A stretch of 64,000 nt of DNA, from NCBI GenBank assembly GCA_024137785.1, contig JAHRHZ010000019.1, positions 853,725 through 917,724 on the forward strand. Direction: 5' to 3'. The DNA comes from Ginglymostoma cirratum. Its lineage: Eukaryota. Below the pieces are notes generated by a model. That model made no database searches, had not been told where the DNA came from, and worked only from the letters and a program-made list of their open reading frames with translations. The position numbers were made by a program, and so were the translations under genes. Shown here in pieces: positions 21,930 to 36,200 of the stretch (within the stretch, counting starts at the first letter, position 1; each line of letters opens with the position of its first letter).

Positions 21930-24900
21930 CCTAGGGTTGTCTTAAAATTTTGTGAGCTCCCTTGTCGAACACCTTGTGGAAGCTCAAAAACAACACATTT
22001 ACAGGTTGCCCTCTATCCACGCTGGTCAAGAGTCCTTCATAAAACTCCCATGAATTAGTCAGACAGGATTTCCCTGTCATGAAGCTACACTGACTCTGCT
22101 TGATTAGATTACGGTTTTCTAAATACGTGCTTTTCCAACAATAGATGTAAGGCAAATTAACCTATAGTTACCCACCTTTTATTCTAGACTCATGGATTCA
22201 TAGAGTCATACAGCACAGAAACAGACCCTTTGGTCCAATTCATTTATGCTGACCAGGTATCCCTAAACTGAACTAATCCTGTTTGCCTGTGTTTGGCCCA
22301 TATCCTTTTGAGCCTTTCCTATTCATGGGCACGTCTAAAAGTCTTTTAAAAGACATAATTGTACTGGCCTCTAGAACTTCTTCTGGCAGTTTGTTCCACA
22401 CAGGTAGTTCTGTTTTTTTTCCCTTTATTCATTCACAGGATGAGGACATTGCTTTTTGGCAGCATTTATTGCCCATTCTAGTTGCCCAGAGGGCAGTGAA
22501 GAGTCAACCACATTGATGTGGGTCTGGAGTCACATGCAGGCCAGACCAGGTAAGGATGACAGTTTCCTTTCCTAAAGGACATTTGTGAACCAGATGGGTT
22601 TTCCCCAGCAATCGGCAAGGAATTCATGGTTATTACTAGAATTCCTAATTCTAGGTTTTTTTTTAATGATTTTAAATTCCACCATCTGTCATGGCAGGAT
22701 TGCGAACCCAGAATGTTATCATGGTCTCTGAATTCACAGTCCAGCCATAATACCACTAGGCCGTTGCCTCCACTCTGGTATAATGCGATAGTTGTGTTCC
22801 TGTGTGACCGTGCACTATGGACAATAGAAAATCGTGCTATAGAAAATTGCTATAGTTGTTGGGCAGAAAGCTCACATTATCCAAACAGTGTTCACTAATT
22901 TGAGAATTGCATTAGAGCCAATTCATGTTGAAAAGACATGCATAATAGCAGAACTACATGTACACGCAACATCCCCTGTGTAAAGAATTTGCCCCTCAGC
23001 TCCCTTTTCAATTTTTCCTGTCTCAGCTCAAACTATGCCCTCTAATTTTGGATTCCCCTACCCTGGGGAAAAGACCTTGGCCATTCACCTTATGTGTGCC
23101 CCTCATGATTTCATGCAACTGTAAAGTCACGCTTCAGCCTCTTACATTCCAGGGAAAAACTCCCTAACCTATCCAGTCTCTCCTTTTAACTCAAACCCTG
23201 TCGTCCCGCCAGCATCCTTGTAAATATTTCCTGTACCCTTTCCTGTTTAACAAAATCTTTCCAATCACACGGTGATCAGAATTGTATGCAGTATTTTAAA
23301 AGGAAGGATAGGGGCTTGTCCTGATTGGAGTTTGAGATGAAAAGAAAATTTGAAACATCTCACTTTCTTTGGGCTTTCACAGGGTGAATACAGAGAGGAG
23401 GTTGTTTCCCCTTGTGGGAGAGTCTGAGACCAGAGGCTAAAATCTCAGAGGAATGGGTCGTTTCTTTAAATCAGTTGTGGGAGTTGGACATCGGTGGTCG
23501 GCCAGCATTCATTGCCTGTCCTGAACTGCCCTTGAACTGAGTGGCTTGCTGGGCTATTTCAGAGGGCAGGTGGGAGTCAACTCTATTTCTGTGAATCTGT
23601 AGTCACATGTAGGCCAGACCAGGTGAGGATGGCAGATTTCCTTCCCTGAAAGGCATTAGTTAGCCAGGTGAATTTTTCCCAACAATTGACAATGTTTTCA
23701 TGATCATCATTAGATTCTGAATTTCAGATTTTTTTTTCTAAATTGTGTTCAGATTCCACCATCTGCCCTGGCAGGATTCATACCCGGGACCTCAGAATAT
23801 TAGCTGAGTTTCTGGATTGATAGTCTCATGATAGTATCAATAGCCACCACCTTTCTGATTTAAGATGAGGATAAGGAGATATTTCTTCTCTCAGAGGAAG
23901 TGAATCTGTGAAATTCTTTACTGTAGAGGGCTGTCAAAGCCTACTCATGAAGTAGAAACACAGAAACATAGAAGACAGGAGCAGGAGGAGGCCATTCGGC
24001 CTTTAAGCCTTCTCCACCATTCTTCACGATCATGGCTGTTCATCCCACTCAATAGCCCAATCCCGCTTTCTCCCCATAACCTTTGATTCCATTTGCCCTA
24101 AGTGCTATATCTTGTTGCCTTTTGAATACATTCAATGTTTTGGCATCAACTACCTCAGGTTGTGGTGAATTTCACAGGCTCACCACTCCTTCGGCAAAGA
24201 AATGTCTCCTCATCTCCATCCTAAATCGTCCACTCCAAATCCTCACAGTGTAACCTCTGGTTCTGGACACACCCACCATCGGGAATATCCTCTCTGCATC
24301 TACCTTGTCTAGTCCTGTTAGAATTTTATAAGTGCCTATGATATCCCCCCTTATTTGTCTGAACTCCAGCAAAAACAATCCCAACATAGTCAATCTGTCT
24401 TCATATGTCAGACACGTTAACCCCGGAATCAGCCTGGTAAACCTTCATTGCACTCCCTCAAGAGCTCCTCTGAAAAAGAGACCAAAACTGCACACAATAT
24501 TCCAGGCGTGGTCTCACCAAGGCCCTGTATAACTGCAACAACACATCCCTGTTCCTGTACTCAAAACCTCTTGCAAAGAAGGCCTGCTGTACCTGCATAC
24601 TCACCTTCAGTGATTCATACATGAGGATGCCCAGGTCCCACTGCACACTCCCTTCTCCCAATTTACAGCCATTCAGATAGTAATCTGCCTTCTTGTTTTT
24701 GGTTCCAAAGTGAATAACCTCATCTTTATCCAAATGACACTGCATCTGCTATTATTTGCCCACTCACCCAACCTGTCGAGATCATGCTGAAGGATCTCTG
24801 CATCCTTGTCACAGATCACCCTCCCACCCAACTTGGTATCATCTGCAAACTTGAAGATGTTACATTTTGTACCCTCATCCAAATCATGAATATATATTGA

Positions 24901-26200
24901 GAATAGTAGGGGTCCCAGCACCGATCCCTGTGGCACCCCACCAGTTACTGCCTGCCAATTTGAAAAGGACCCATTAATTCCTACAGTGTGAAGCTGAAGG
25001 AGCACAGCTGGTCAGGCAACATCAGAGGAGCAGGAAAGCTGACGTTTCTTCACAAAATGAAGAAGGGTCCCGACCCGAAATGTCAGCTTTCCTGCTCCTC
25101 TGATGTTGCCTGGCCAGCTATGTTCCTTCAGCTCCACAGTGTTATCTCTGACTCCAGCATCGGTAGTTCTTACTATCTCATTAATTCCGACTCTTTGTTT
25201 CGTCTCTGCCAGCCAGTTTCCTATCCATCTCAATACCCTTTCCCCAATCCCATTCGCTTTAATCTTGCATATTAACCTCTTATGTGGGACTTTGTCAAAT
25301 GCTTTCTGAAAGTCCAATACACGACATTGTTTGGATTCCCCCTTGTCAATTCTACTAGTTACATCTTCATAGAATTCCAACAGATTTGTCAAGCATGATT
25401 TCCCCTTCATAAATCCATGCTGACTCTGTTTGATCCAGCCACTGCTTTATAAATGCTCTGCTATAAAATCCTTGACAATGAATTTAAGAATTTTCCCCAC
25501 TGCTGATGTTAGGCTCACCAGTGTATAATTCGCTATTTTTCTCTACCTCCCATTTTGAATATTGGAGAGACAGTACCTACCCTCCAATCCGCAGGGACTC
25601 TTCCAGAGTCTATAGAATTCTGGAATATGACCACCAATGCATCCACTATTTCTAGAGCTACTTCCTTAAATACTCTAGGATATAGATTATCAGGCCTTGA
25701 AGATTTATTGACCTTCAATTCCAACAATTTTCCCAGCACCATTTCTCTACTAATATTGATCACCCTCAGCTTTTCCCTCACACTAAATTTTGCATCCTCA
25801 AACAATCTGCTTTATGTTTTGTGCCCTCTTTTGTGAAGACAGACCAAAGTATGCATTCACTTCCATGGCCATTTCTTTGTTCCCTATTATACACTCCCCA
25901 ATCTATCAAGGCCAACTCATACCTCATGTCCTTGTAGTTTCCCCATATTAAGGTTCAGCATCCTAGTCTCTGAATCAACAACCTCACTCTCCATCTTGAT
26001 AAAAAATTTTATCGTGTTATGGTTGCTCTTCCCCACAGGGTCACGCACAGCTGGATTGGCAATGATTCTCTTCTCATTACACAGTACCCAGTCTAAGATG
26101 GCCTGCTCTGTAGTTGGTTTCTCCACATATTGGTCAAGAAATCCATTCAGTATACATTCCAGGAATTTCTCCTTGACGGCATTGTGGCTAATTTGAATGA
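21930..26200 (-). mobile_element. Nested CR1-type LINE fragments (mostly minus strand) with SINE and PLE-repeat insertions
   Basis: GKSCLTNLLEFYE, DFQKAFDKVPH, GVPQGSVLGPLLF, FADDTKLGG, LVRPRLEYCVQFWS. Many stops. Confidence 0.85.
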
Positions 26201-28629
26201 TTATATTTCAGTTTGAGAGAGAGTGATTTTAAATCAGTAATGAACTCAATGGCTATGGGGAAAAGGCAGGAAAGTGGAGATGGGGATTATCAAAGCCGAT
26301 TTGATATCATTGAATGGTGGACCAGGCATAATAGTCCTTCTATGTCTTTGGTTTTAATGTCCAATTGAGACATTTAACACAGGGGTATTGGATAGTTATT
26401 TGAACAGAAACAACATGCAGGATGTAGGGGAAAAGGCAAACAATTGTACAAAGTAAAAGTGCTCAGAGAGCCAGTGCAAACACAATGGACCCAATGGCTT
26501 CCTTCTTCATCAGATCATTTCTGTGATTGTGGGAACAGGGAGATTCCACTTTGTGCAGCAAATGGTGCTTACACTTTTCTGTCTCCTGGGTTCAGTTTGC
26601 AGCTGTTGTTCAGAAAGACAACCCCCATCTCAGCCTAAATGCCAAAATCACATTTCCTGCAGGCAATCTCTCTCTTTGGTCTGTAAATGGTGAAATCCCT
26701 GGTTTGTTCCACATTATTCTCTGTCCATTAAACAGCTGGGAAATGGTGGAAGCACAGTGTGACACTACTGCCTCAATGAGTCCGAGGGGGCAGCTTGGCT
26801 CAGTTGGTCACTCTCTCACATGGAGGGCAGGAAGCTGTGTCTGTCAAAACTATTTCAGGAGCGTGATTCAAAGCTGAGGTTCTGGTGGACCAGGCAGATG
26901 TCACAGAGCAGTTTCAGATGAGCTACATTGTGTGAGAGGGGCTGGTACAATGGCTATGGGGAAAAGGCAGGAAAGTGGAGATGGAGATTATCAAAGCCGA
27001 TCTGATATCATTGGATGGTGGACCAGACACAGTAGTGCAAATAACTGACGAGTGTGGCACCATGGCAACAGATCACCTGGCAGGAGTGGCTACAAGCAGC
27101 AGCAACAGAGAGAAGATTGCACTCTGCCATTGTTTCTGTCCTCTGTTGCGTGGAGTGCTCAGTTGTCCAATTCGAAGATTTAAAGATCACAAAGCACAAT
27201 TTGAAAAAGAACTAGAGATACTCTCAGTCTCCTGGTTATCAACATCCCTCCTTCAATTAACACCATCACATAAAACATGAATTGTCATTCAGCATATTGA
27301 TCTTTGGAAATTTTCCCAGTTTGGAACAGACCCAGGGTTCAGAGCTGTCACAGATACAGAACTTCAAACTGATTTGTGAAATCCTGGAGATGTTTTAGTG
27401 GAACAAATGAAATATTATTGATTATAGAGAATTGATGTGAATGCCGGCATGGATCCATTGGTGAAACTCATTCTGAATCACAAAGTTGTAAATTCACCAA
27501 TTTTGTAAAAGCAGGAGGTTGTCTTTTAAATTCACCCCAAAGAGACCCAATGAGCGCGCAGGCTAATTCAATCCACCCCAAATACACACCTTAATGTGCA
27601 GCCTGTCCCTCAATCCCAATCTCCCATTCAATGAATGACAGAAAAGGATGGGAGGAACATTCTGTTTTCTGGTCTGTGTTCCCAGCCTGTGGAGTTTTGT
27701 GTCAGCTGCACCAAACAATCTTCAGACAGTAATAAATTTTCCATGTGATACTCTCCTCTGGTTCTGAATGTTCAAATATATAGAATTCACACAAACTCCA
27801 CGCAGCACAAACCATGGAAAGGTCTTTATAACAAGTTAAACTTCTCCATAGGAAACACTAACCCAAAGCAACACAGAGGGACAGGGTCACAGCAGTGCTC
27901 CACTGATCATTTCAATAGAGCGACAACCCTGCTCATTCACACAGTGTATTGTACGTTCAGTTAATAGATTGAAACATAAAGTGTCCCAGCCAACTACAGC
28001 TGCTTTAATGTCTCATTTCTCAGGAGTGAAAGAAATTACAGTGTCAATAAAGAGGAAGTTCAGCACAGTTCTCCAGTTTCCGATTGGGGGGTGCAGTTTG
28101 AACATGTTCCTTGTTCCAATTCTTGATTTTTAATGTTTCTCGCTAACCTCTTTTTAACCCTTTGGTGAACAAACATTGCTGAGTGGGCTTTCCATGAAAT
28201 GAATCTGGTAATATTTGTTGTTAATGATTTGTTCTCAGTGAATTTACCCTGAGAATCACGCAGCTGTGGTTACAATCACTGCAAAAACTGTCATGACTGT
28301 AGATCCTCACCCCAAATTATTTACAAACTTGTTACAGTTGTCGTTACAACATGTATTATTAAAAAATCAACATTGTCATGACTTTCTGGAAATCAAGCTC
28401 ATTATTCCCAGCGTTGTCCCAACAGAGAAAGATTGAGTCAAACATTCCAATGTCTCCAATTTGCCTGACCGATGAACGTAGTGTAAATAAAAGCACATAT
28501 CAGGTCATCGAACTGATCAAGATAATCTCAAACTTAGAGAAAACTTTGTTTTAACCAAAGGCAGAATGGAGACACAATTTCTAACTGAGATAACCCTGTC
28601 TGAATTTCTCCTTTCCCATATGAAGTCAG

Positions 28630-29990
28630 ACAGGCAAGAGGTTTGAGGTGTAAGGAGAGCCTGAATAGGCTGGGGCGGTTTTCCCTGAAGCCCTGGAGGC
28701 TGAGGAGTGACCTGTTAGAAGTTTACAAAATCATGAGGCGTGTGGACAGGGTGAACAGTCAAGCTCTTTTTCCCGGCATAGGGGAGTTCAAAATGAGAGG
28801 GTATTAGTTAAAGGTGAGAGGGGAAAGATTTAGAAGTGACCAAGGGGTACCTTTTTCACCGAGAGGGTGCTGCATGTGTGGAATGAACTGCAAGAGGAAG
28901 TGGTGCAGGCTGGTACAATTACAGCATTTAAAAGGAATCTGGATGGATGAATGGGAAGGGTTTAGAGGGATATGGGCCAAATGCTGTCAAATGGGAATAG
29001 ATTAATTTCAGATACCTGGTCAGCATGGACAAATGGGACCAAAAGGTCTGTTACAATGCTGTACAGCTCTATGGGACTAAAGCACTAAGGCATGGCTATG
29101 AAGGCAGAAAAAGAAGAAAAAAAAAATCAGGGAAACCCATCAAAAGCACTGATTGGAACCACACGCATTTGATGAGTTCTTTGCTGTTGATATAAGATTA
29201 CTTTCAGAAAGCTTTTGATACGGTCCCACAGTGCAGAGTAACGTGTAAAATGAACACACGTGTTTGGGGATTATATACTGATAGAGAATAAGTTGGCAAA
29301 GGAAACAAAAAGTAGGAATAAACAAATCTTCCCCTGAATTGCTGATGAGTGGGACACGCAAGCATCACTGCTAGGGCCCCAGCTATTCACAATGTACATT
29401 AATGATTTAAATGAGGAAACGAAATGTAATATCTCCAAGTTTCCAGGTGGGAGGGTGAGTTACGAGAAGGTTGCAGAGAAGCTTCAATATGAATTGGACA
29501 AGTTGAGTGAGTCGGGAAATGCATGGCAGATGCAGAATAATGTGGATAAATGTGAGGTTATCGACTTTGGTTCAAAAACAAGAAGGCAGATTATTTTCTG
29601 AAGGGTGATAGATTGGGAAAAGGGGGCTGTGCAATGAGACCTGGGTGTCTTTGTACACCAGTCATTGAAAGGAGGACAAATGCCATGTTGTCTTTCATAG
29701 CGAGAGGATTTGAATGCAGGAGCAGGAATGTCTTGCTGCAACTTAATAGGGCCTTAGTAAGACCACACCTGGAATATTGTGTGCAATTTTGTTGTAACTC
29801 TCCTCCCTACTCCCAAAAGCCTGTACACCATCAACAAGGCACAAGTTAGGAGTGTGATGGAATACTCCCCACTTGCCTGGATGGGTGCAGCTCCAAGAGC
29901 ACTCAAGAAGCTTCACATCATCCAAGAAAAAGCAGGCCACTTGATTGGTACCACATCCACAAACATGCACGCCCTCCATCATCAATTGTT
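28630..29990 (+). mobile_element. CR1-type and related LINE fragments
   Basis: LVRPHLEYCVQF, then KAQVRSVMEYSPLAWMGAAP from a second LINE family. Confidence 0.75.
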
Positions 29991-30852
29991 GCTTGGTTCA
30001 GCACCCCTTATCTCTGTGATGTCTGCCTGTGCTCTCTGTTCTGTGAAGGCAGAATGTTATATAGAAATCACAGTGTGCTCCAGTAAACATGATTTTTAAA
30101 ACTGCAGCCATCTCAGCAGTGTTTCCTTTATTTAAAGCAAGGTCTTCTGCTTTTAATCTACTGTCCCAAAAGGAGGGAAATTAAAAGATATGGTATTTCC
30201 ACCTGACAGCACAAAAGGGATGATGGTTGTAAATTGGGTTGCTGTCTGACAAAGTTCTGAGAGGAACTCCGGTCAGGCACATCTCTAAAGGTGCTGAGGG
30301 AACTAGAACAGCAAAGAGAGAATGCAATTCAAAGCTTAGCAAGATCCAGTGGCTACAGAGAGGATGGGATGACTACTCCTTTCAGCAGAATGTCATTTCT
30401 GTGGATTATGTCCTAAACTGCAGGCAAGTTGGGATTTACTCTTTTAGAAATATACTTAAAAGGAATTAGCAGCCAACTGCTATCCCTGGTTTGTGTGTGT
30501 TCATGGGCTGATGTGCTGGTATGGATTCCAGTCCAGCAAAGATCACAGCTTGGGAATAGCAATTAGACACACCTTAGCAACAGGTAAGGAAAACACTGTA
30601 GTTCTTACACTCAGAGCTGGAAGCCCAGCAAACCAGGAGACCACCATTTATCTGATATCTGAAAAGGCAGGGAAAGAAGGGACACAAAGCATGCAGAGGG
30701 AAGAGGTTTTTAAGTTAGAAAAGCATCATGTGTCAATGCAGTCTTGGTGGGCCTAAGGGCCTGTTCCTGTGCCGTACTGTTCTTTGGTTTCTTGTTTAAA
30801 CAGCCACAATGTTTCACCATCGACTCTACAAGGGTGGGATAGTGCGGGGGCT

Positions 30853-31097
30853 GGGGGCCGGTTGGCTCAGTTGACTTGGTGCTGTTTTATGACTTACAGC
30901 AATACCAACAGTGCAGTTTCAATTCACACACTGCCTGAGGTTACCAGGCAGCTCCAATCTCCTCAACCTCTACCTTAGCCTGAGGCGTGGTGACCCACAG
31001 GTTAAACCCCCACCAATTACCTCTCTCTCTCTCTAATGAGAGCAGCCCTCTGGAACTATGGTCCTCTGAGAATAGGATGACTTTACATTGACTTTAC
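30853..31097 (+). mobile_element. tRNA-derived SINE family C (second copy ~52740-52925 -)
   Basis: ggctcagttg head and tcaacc..cctga..gtgacc..caggttaaacc..accac..ctctctct..atgagag segment, shared by both copies. Confidence 0.5.
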
Positions 31098-31116
31098 TCT
31101 TCACAAACCCGTGAGG

Positions 31117-31720
31117 GCCGTGAGGTCATGTTGCAGCTGTACAAAACTCTGGTGTGGCCACACTTGGAGTATTGCGTACAGTTCTGGTCACCACATTATA
31201 AGAAGGATGTGGAAGCATTGGAAAGGGTGCAGAGGAGATTTACCAGGATGTTGCCTGGTATGGAGGGAAGGTCTTATGAGGAAAGGCTGAGGGACTTAAC
31301 CTTCTTCCCTCTAACGAAAACAGCCTTAAGAGGTGACTTAATAGAGACATACAAGATGATCAGAGGATTAGATAGGGTGGACTGTGAGAGCCTTTTTCCT
31401 CGGATGGTGACGGCTAGCACGAGGGGACATAGCTTTAAATTGAGGGGTGATAGATATAGGACAGATGTCAGAGGTAGGTTCTTTACTCAGAGAGTAGTAA
31501 GGGCATGGAATGCCCTGCCTGCAGCAGTAGTAGACTCGCCAACGTTAAGGGCATTTAAATAGTCATTGGATAAACATATGGATGATAATGGAATAGTGTA
31601 GGTTAGATGGGCTTCAAATTGGTTTCACAGGTCGGCGCAACATCGAGGGCCGAAGGGCCTGTACTGTGCTGTAATGTTCTATGTTCTATGTTCTATGCGC
31701 TGTAATGTTCTATGTTCTAA
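31117..31720 (+). mobile_element. Young CR1-type LINE 3' end
   Basis: Open frame MLQLYKTLVWPHLEYCVQFWSPH..RGHSFKL..FFTQRVV..WNALP and a (tgttcta)n tail. Nearly identical to 37860-38780. Confidence 0.9.
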
Positions 31721-32599
31721 CCTAGAGGCTGGCCCAGACATCAGTGTCTATGTTTCACCATCTTTTCGAATGCTTAGTCACTAATAAAGAAACCCAGATT
31801 AATTTTGATTCTTTTTAAATAGAAATACATTTGGACTGAGAAAGGGTATCAATGAGGAAAGACATCCTTTTAAAGTTAATTTTGTTGTGACCTACCGAGA
31901 GAGGAGTTGAATTCGGAAGAGGAGGCAGTTCATTCTTTCTCATCTGGGACCATAACCGTTTGGGGCTATCACACCAGGAATTGGAACCAACTGGGGTCCA
32001 GTCTGAACACAATGTAATCTGTGCAAACGGCATTGATGGATAAACAGGTGAATGTGGGGCTGAACCCTCCGCAGGGAATTAAAACGTGGGAACGGAATGC
32101 AGGTTATGTGGGAAACTGCTGAAAATAATCATCACAGTAATTTGGAACAAAAATGAACATTGCTGGAAAACGTTACATCCTGTGTTATTTCACTGTTGTG
32201 CACCTTTCTGACTGTGGTTCAGAGCTGATTGGGCTGCCTAAGTAGTATATCCTAAAATACCAGTACTTAGTGCAGTGCTGGGGGAGTGTGTCACTGCCAG
32301 AGGTGCTGCCTGTCCAAGGCAATGTTTCCCCAGGCCATGGCTGTCCTTTCAGGTGGACAGAGTAGATCCCCAGTAGGCGCTATTTTGAAGAAAAGCAAGA
32401 GAGATCTCCCCAGTGTCCTGACTATTATCAATCCTCAATCAATAGACGGTCTGGACATTGTGTCTTTCTTGTTGGTGGGAGCTGACTATTTGTGAAATAT
32501 CTGCATCATTCCCTGCATGACCACAGTGACTGCACTTTTGAAGATATCCTTCATTGGTTTTAAAGTGCCTTGACATTACTGAGGATGGGAAAAGTGCAA

Positions 32600-32686
32600 C
32601 TGAAGAAGGGTCTAGGCCCGAAACGTCAGCTTTCCTGCTCCTCTGATGCTGCTTGGCCTGCTGTGTTCATCCAGCTCTACACCTTG
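32600..32686 (+). mobile_element. Penelope-like terminal repeat fragment with hammerhead core
   Basis: CTGAAGAAGGGTCTAGGCCCGAAACGTC followed by the family tail. Confidence 0.7.
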
Positions 32687-33059
32687 TAAGCTTAAGCTAT
32701 ATAAAAGTTCCTTTTTAGATCTTGTCTTATTGGAGGGTGTGAGACAGGTGCATTGACTGTCTGCTCTCTCCGTGGGTGAGTGTTCCAGAATTCCCCAGCT
32801 CTGTAGTTTTCAGGAAGTTTCAAGACTCTTAAACTGTGTAATCCATTTCCCCTGATGCTGGACAAAAAGCTGCGAGTCAGTGAGCCACTAACTCATTGCA
32901 ACAAACTGAGTTTCCAATGATTGAATTATATTTCACTTTTGCTCTGCTACTTTTTGTGTTGGTTCCTGTGCAACATCTGCTCCAACTCTTATCCTGTGAA
33001 GCTGAAGCTTTCGTGGTTAATGTGTAAACCTCAATTTGCACTTACTTTCTTGGTAAGGA

Positions 33060-33212
33060 GCCCCATTGGCTGGTTTGTATTTCCTCTACAGTTCAGAGTG
33101 AGTGCCTGAATCAGAAAGAAAGTCTGTCACTTCCACTTTGATACGTCATACACTGGACACAACACGCAGCGAGGGCAAACCGCATTGTCACTTCATAGAA
33201 TAGTCATCCAAA
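33060..33212 (+). promoter_or_regulatory. Putative proximal promoter/5'UTR of gene B
   Basis: Non-repeat DNA just upstream of the leader ATG. Contains an inverted CCAAT (ATTGG ~33065), an ETS-type CACTTCC (33128-33134) and a CRE-like TACGTCA (33142-33148). Motif matches only. Confidence 0.35.
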
Positions 33213-33264
33213 ATGCTCCTTATTATTCTCCTTGTGACCACATTGACCCTCTCTGCTGATGCTG
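33213..33264 (+). CDS. Gene B signal-peptide exon
   Basis: aaaATG in a good context. MLLIILLVTTLTLSADA followed by a G|gtgagt phase-1 donor, typical of an IgSF leader exon. Confidence 0.85.
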
Positions 33265-36200
33265 GTGAGTATGGGTTCTGTTTGATTTGACCTCAATGGA
33301 GGGCTGCCGTGGTTTGTGTTTCTGATAGTATCTTGTTTGGGGGTGTTTCTGTGCCTTGCAGGAGCTCAGGCCCATTGTTAAATTTTGAATTCCCTGTGAT
33401 CTGTGTTTCAGCTTCTTGTACTTCATTTTGTGTGTTCCTCTGACAGATGAGACATTGTCCACTCAGATTTCAGGAATGGAACTGTTCCCTTTGGTGCTTC
33501 GTTGTGTTTAGATAGAACACATTCAGTGGCTGTCAGCTGGCACTGGGTATACTGGAATTAGTTTAATCAATAAATTGAGCCTGGAAGTGTGCAAATGAGG
33601 TAAGAAATCACCAGGGTGGATATAGAGAAGCTGTTTTCACTGGAAGGTCAGCCTAGAAAAGAGCAGAGGGACCATGAATACAAAGAAATCCAAACAGATC
33701 AAATGAAGAACGTGGGAGAAATGTGTTTCTGTGGGAAGTGGTGAGAATGTGGAACCCCCTGTTAAAGCTGGTGGGGACTGTCCTGACCACCACATGCCAC
33801 TGATCTCTCGATGAATATCTCTCATGTGGCCACCTTTGTAATTGATTATGATTCAAGTACAAATTACTGAAACTGAGAAAAACTGCAGAAAGCTGCAACA
33901 CAAAGATAGGTGGGGGGACTTGTGCATGAAACACAGAAAACTAGTACACAGAGGCAGCAGGTAATCAGAAGGGTGAATGGAATGAGATAGCAAGAACCAC
34001 AAATGCTGGAGTCAGAGATGGCACAGTGTGGAGCTAGAGGAACACAGCAGGCCAGGCAGCATCAGTCCAGCAGGAAAGTTCACGTTTCAGGTCGGGACCC
34101 TTCTTCAGAAATGGGGAGGCTGAAGGGAGCTCAGAAGTAAATAGAGAGAGGAGGGATGGGGCTGGGAAAAGGTAAGTGGGATGGTGATAGTTGAGTGCAG
34201 GTAGGGAGTGGTGGGGATTGGTCAGTGGGATGGGTGTGGTGGATAGGTGGGAGAGAAGATGGACAGGTTGTGTCAGGTCATGGAGGCAGGGATGAGAGGG
34301 AGGGTTGGACATGGGATGAGACCAGGTGTGGGGAGATTTTAAAACTGGTGAATTCTATGTTTATGCCTTCAGGCTGTAGGCTCCCGAGGTGGAATATGAG
34401 GTGTTGCTCCTCCAGTTTGTGGGTGGTGTCATTGTGACACTGGAGGAGGCCCAGGATGGAATGGGAGGGGGAGTTAAAATGGTTGGCAATCGGCAGGTGT
34501 TGTCATTTGTTGTGAACACATTTCAGCTGCTCTACGAATTTGTCTCTGAGTCTACACTTGGTCTCACCAATGTAGAGGAGGCCATATTGGATGCAGCAGA
34601 TACAGTAGACAATTGGGTCTTATTATAAGTGGGGGAGGGGAGAATGAGAGTAGCGAAGTTTTACCGCAACTATATAAGATGCCAAAACTGTCAACAGTTT
34701 TGGTTCCCTTATTTAAGAAAAGATATCATTTTCATTGGAACTAGTTCAAAGAAAGTTCACGAGGATGATTCCTGGTATGGAGGAATTGTCTTATGACCAA
34801 AGGCTAAACAAGTTGGGACTCTACTCACTGGAATTTAGGAGAATGGGAGATAATCTCATTGAAACAAGTAGAACTTTTAAGGACATGACAGGGTAAATGC
34901 TGAGAGGATGTTTCTCCTCATGGGCGTGTATAAGACCAGAGGGCATCATCTCAGAATAAAGGAGCCACAATTTAAGACTGAAATGAGGAGGAGTTTCTTC
35001 TCTCAGAGGGCTATGAGTCTTTGGAACTCTTTGCCACAGAGAGCTGTGGGGAAAAGTTCTTGTGTGTATTTAAGGCTGCAATCAATAGATTTTTGAGCAT
35101 TAGGCAAATTAAGCGTTATGGACAAAGTGCAGGGAAGTGAATGTGAGGAATACCAGATCAGCCATGTTCCTAATGAATGGCAGTGCAGGCTCGAGGGGCC
35201 AAATGGTCTACTCAACCTGTCCATCTTCACCCATCCCACTGACCAATCACCACCACTCCCTACCCGCATCCACCTATCATCTTCCCACCTAACTTTTAGC
35301 AGCCCCACCCCTCCTCCCTCTATTTATTTCCCAGCTACCTACACGCTCCCCATTTCTGAAGAGGAGTCCAAACCCGAAACGTCAGCTTTCCTGCTCCTCT
35401 GATGCTGCCCGGCCTGCTGTGTTCGCCCAGCTCCATACTGTGTGGTCTACTCCTGTTCTGGAGTTATGGTGTTAAGGCAGACTGTCTTGTGTAAACCAGT
35501 TAAAGTTTATTTTGTTAACATATCATTCTTCCTGACGTTTCCCCAGTGACAATAAAATTAAGTTGTGAATGAGAAATTACAGATAATAACATTAAAGCAA
35601 TTTCAAATCAGGCAAAAGCTAACTGTCACGTTCACAAGCTCAAAACATACCAGGGCAACAACTGAGTGTTTTAACAAATACACCACTGTTTTTCCAAGAC
35701 ATAAATCAGGGAATTTCAATCTAATTAAGTGAATATCGAAATTGAGACTGAAGGTATGTGAAAGAGGGAATATTATTGAAGAGATGTAGAATCAAGATGA
35801 ATAACAATGCATTGATGTCTTTGCAAACATGGTGGGAAAGACCAATATGGACTGAAGAGTTCTGAAGGAAGGTCACTCGACTCAAAATGTTAACTCTGAT
35901 TTCTCTCCACAGACACTGTCAAACCTGATGAGCTCTTCCAGAAATTTCTGATTTTGTTATCAATATAGACTAGTTGAATGTTAGGTAGATAGGTGGGAGA
36001 GATGATGGACACATTGAGTAGGCCATTTGGCCCCTTGAGCCTGCACTGCCATTCAATAGGATCATGACTGATCTGATATGCCTCACATTCACTTCAACTA
36101 GTCTATATTGATGAAGGTCATCTTTTGTTTAACTTCTGTGCATTTCTCCTTTGTCAAGACCTGAAATGACCAATTATACGGAAAGCTTCTAGTCACATGA

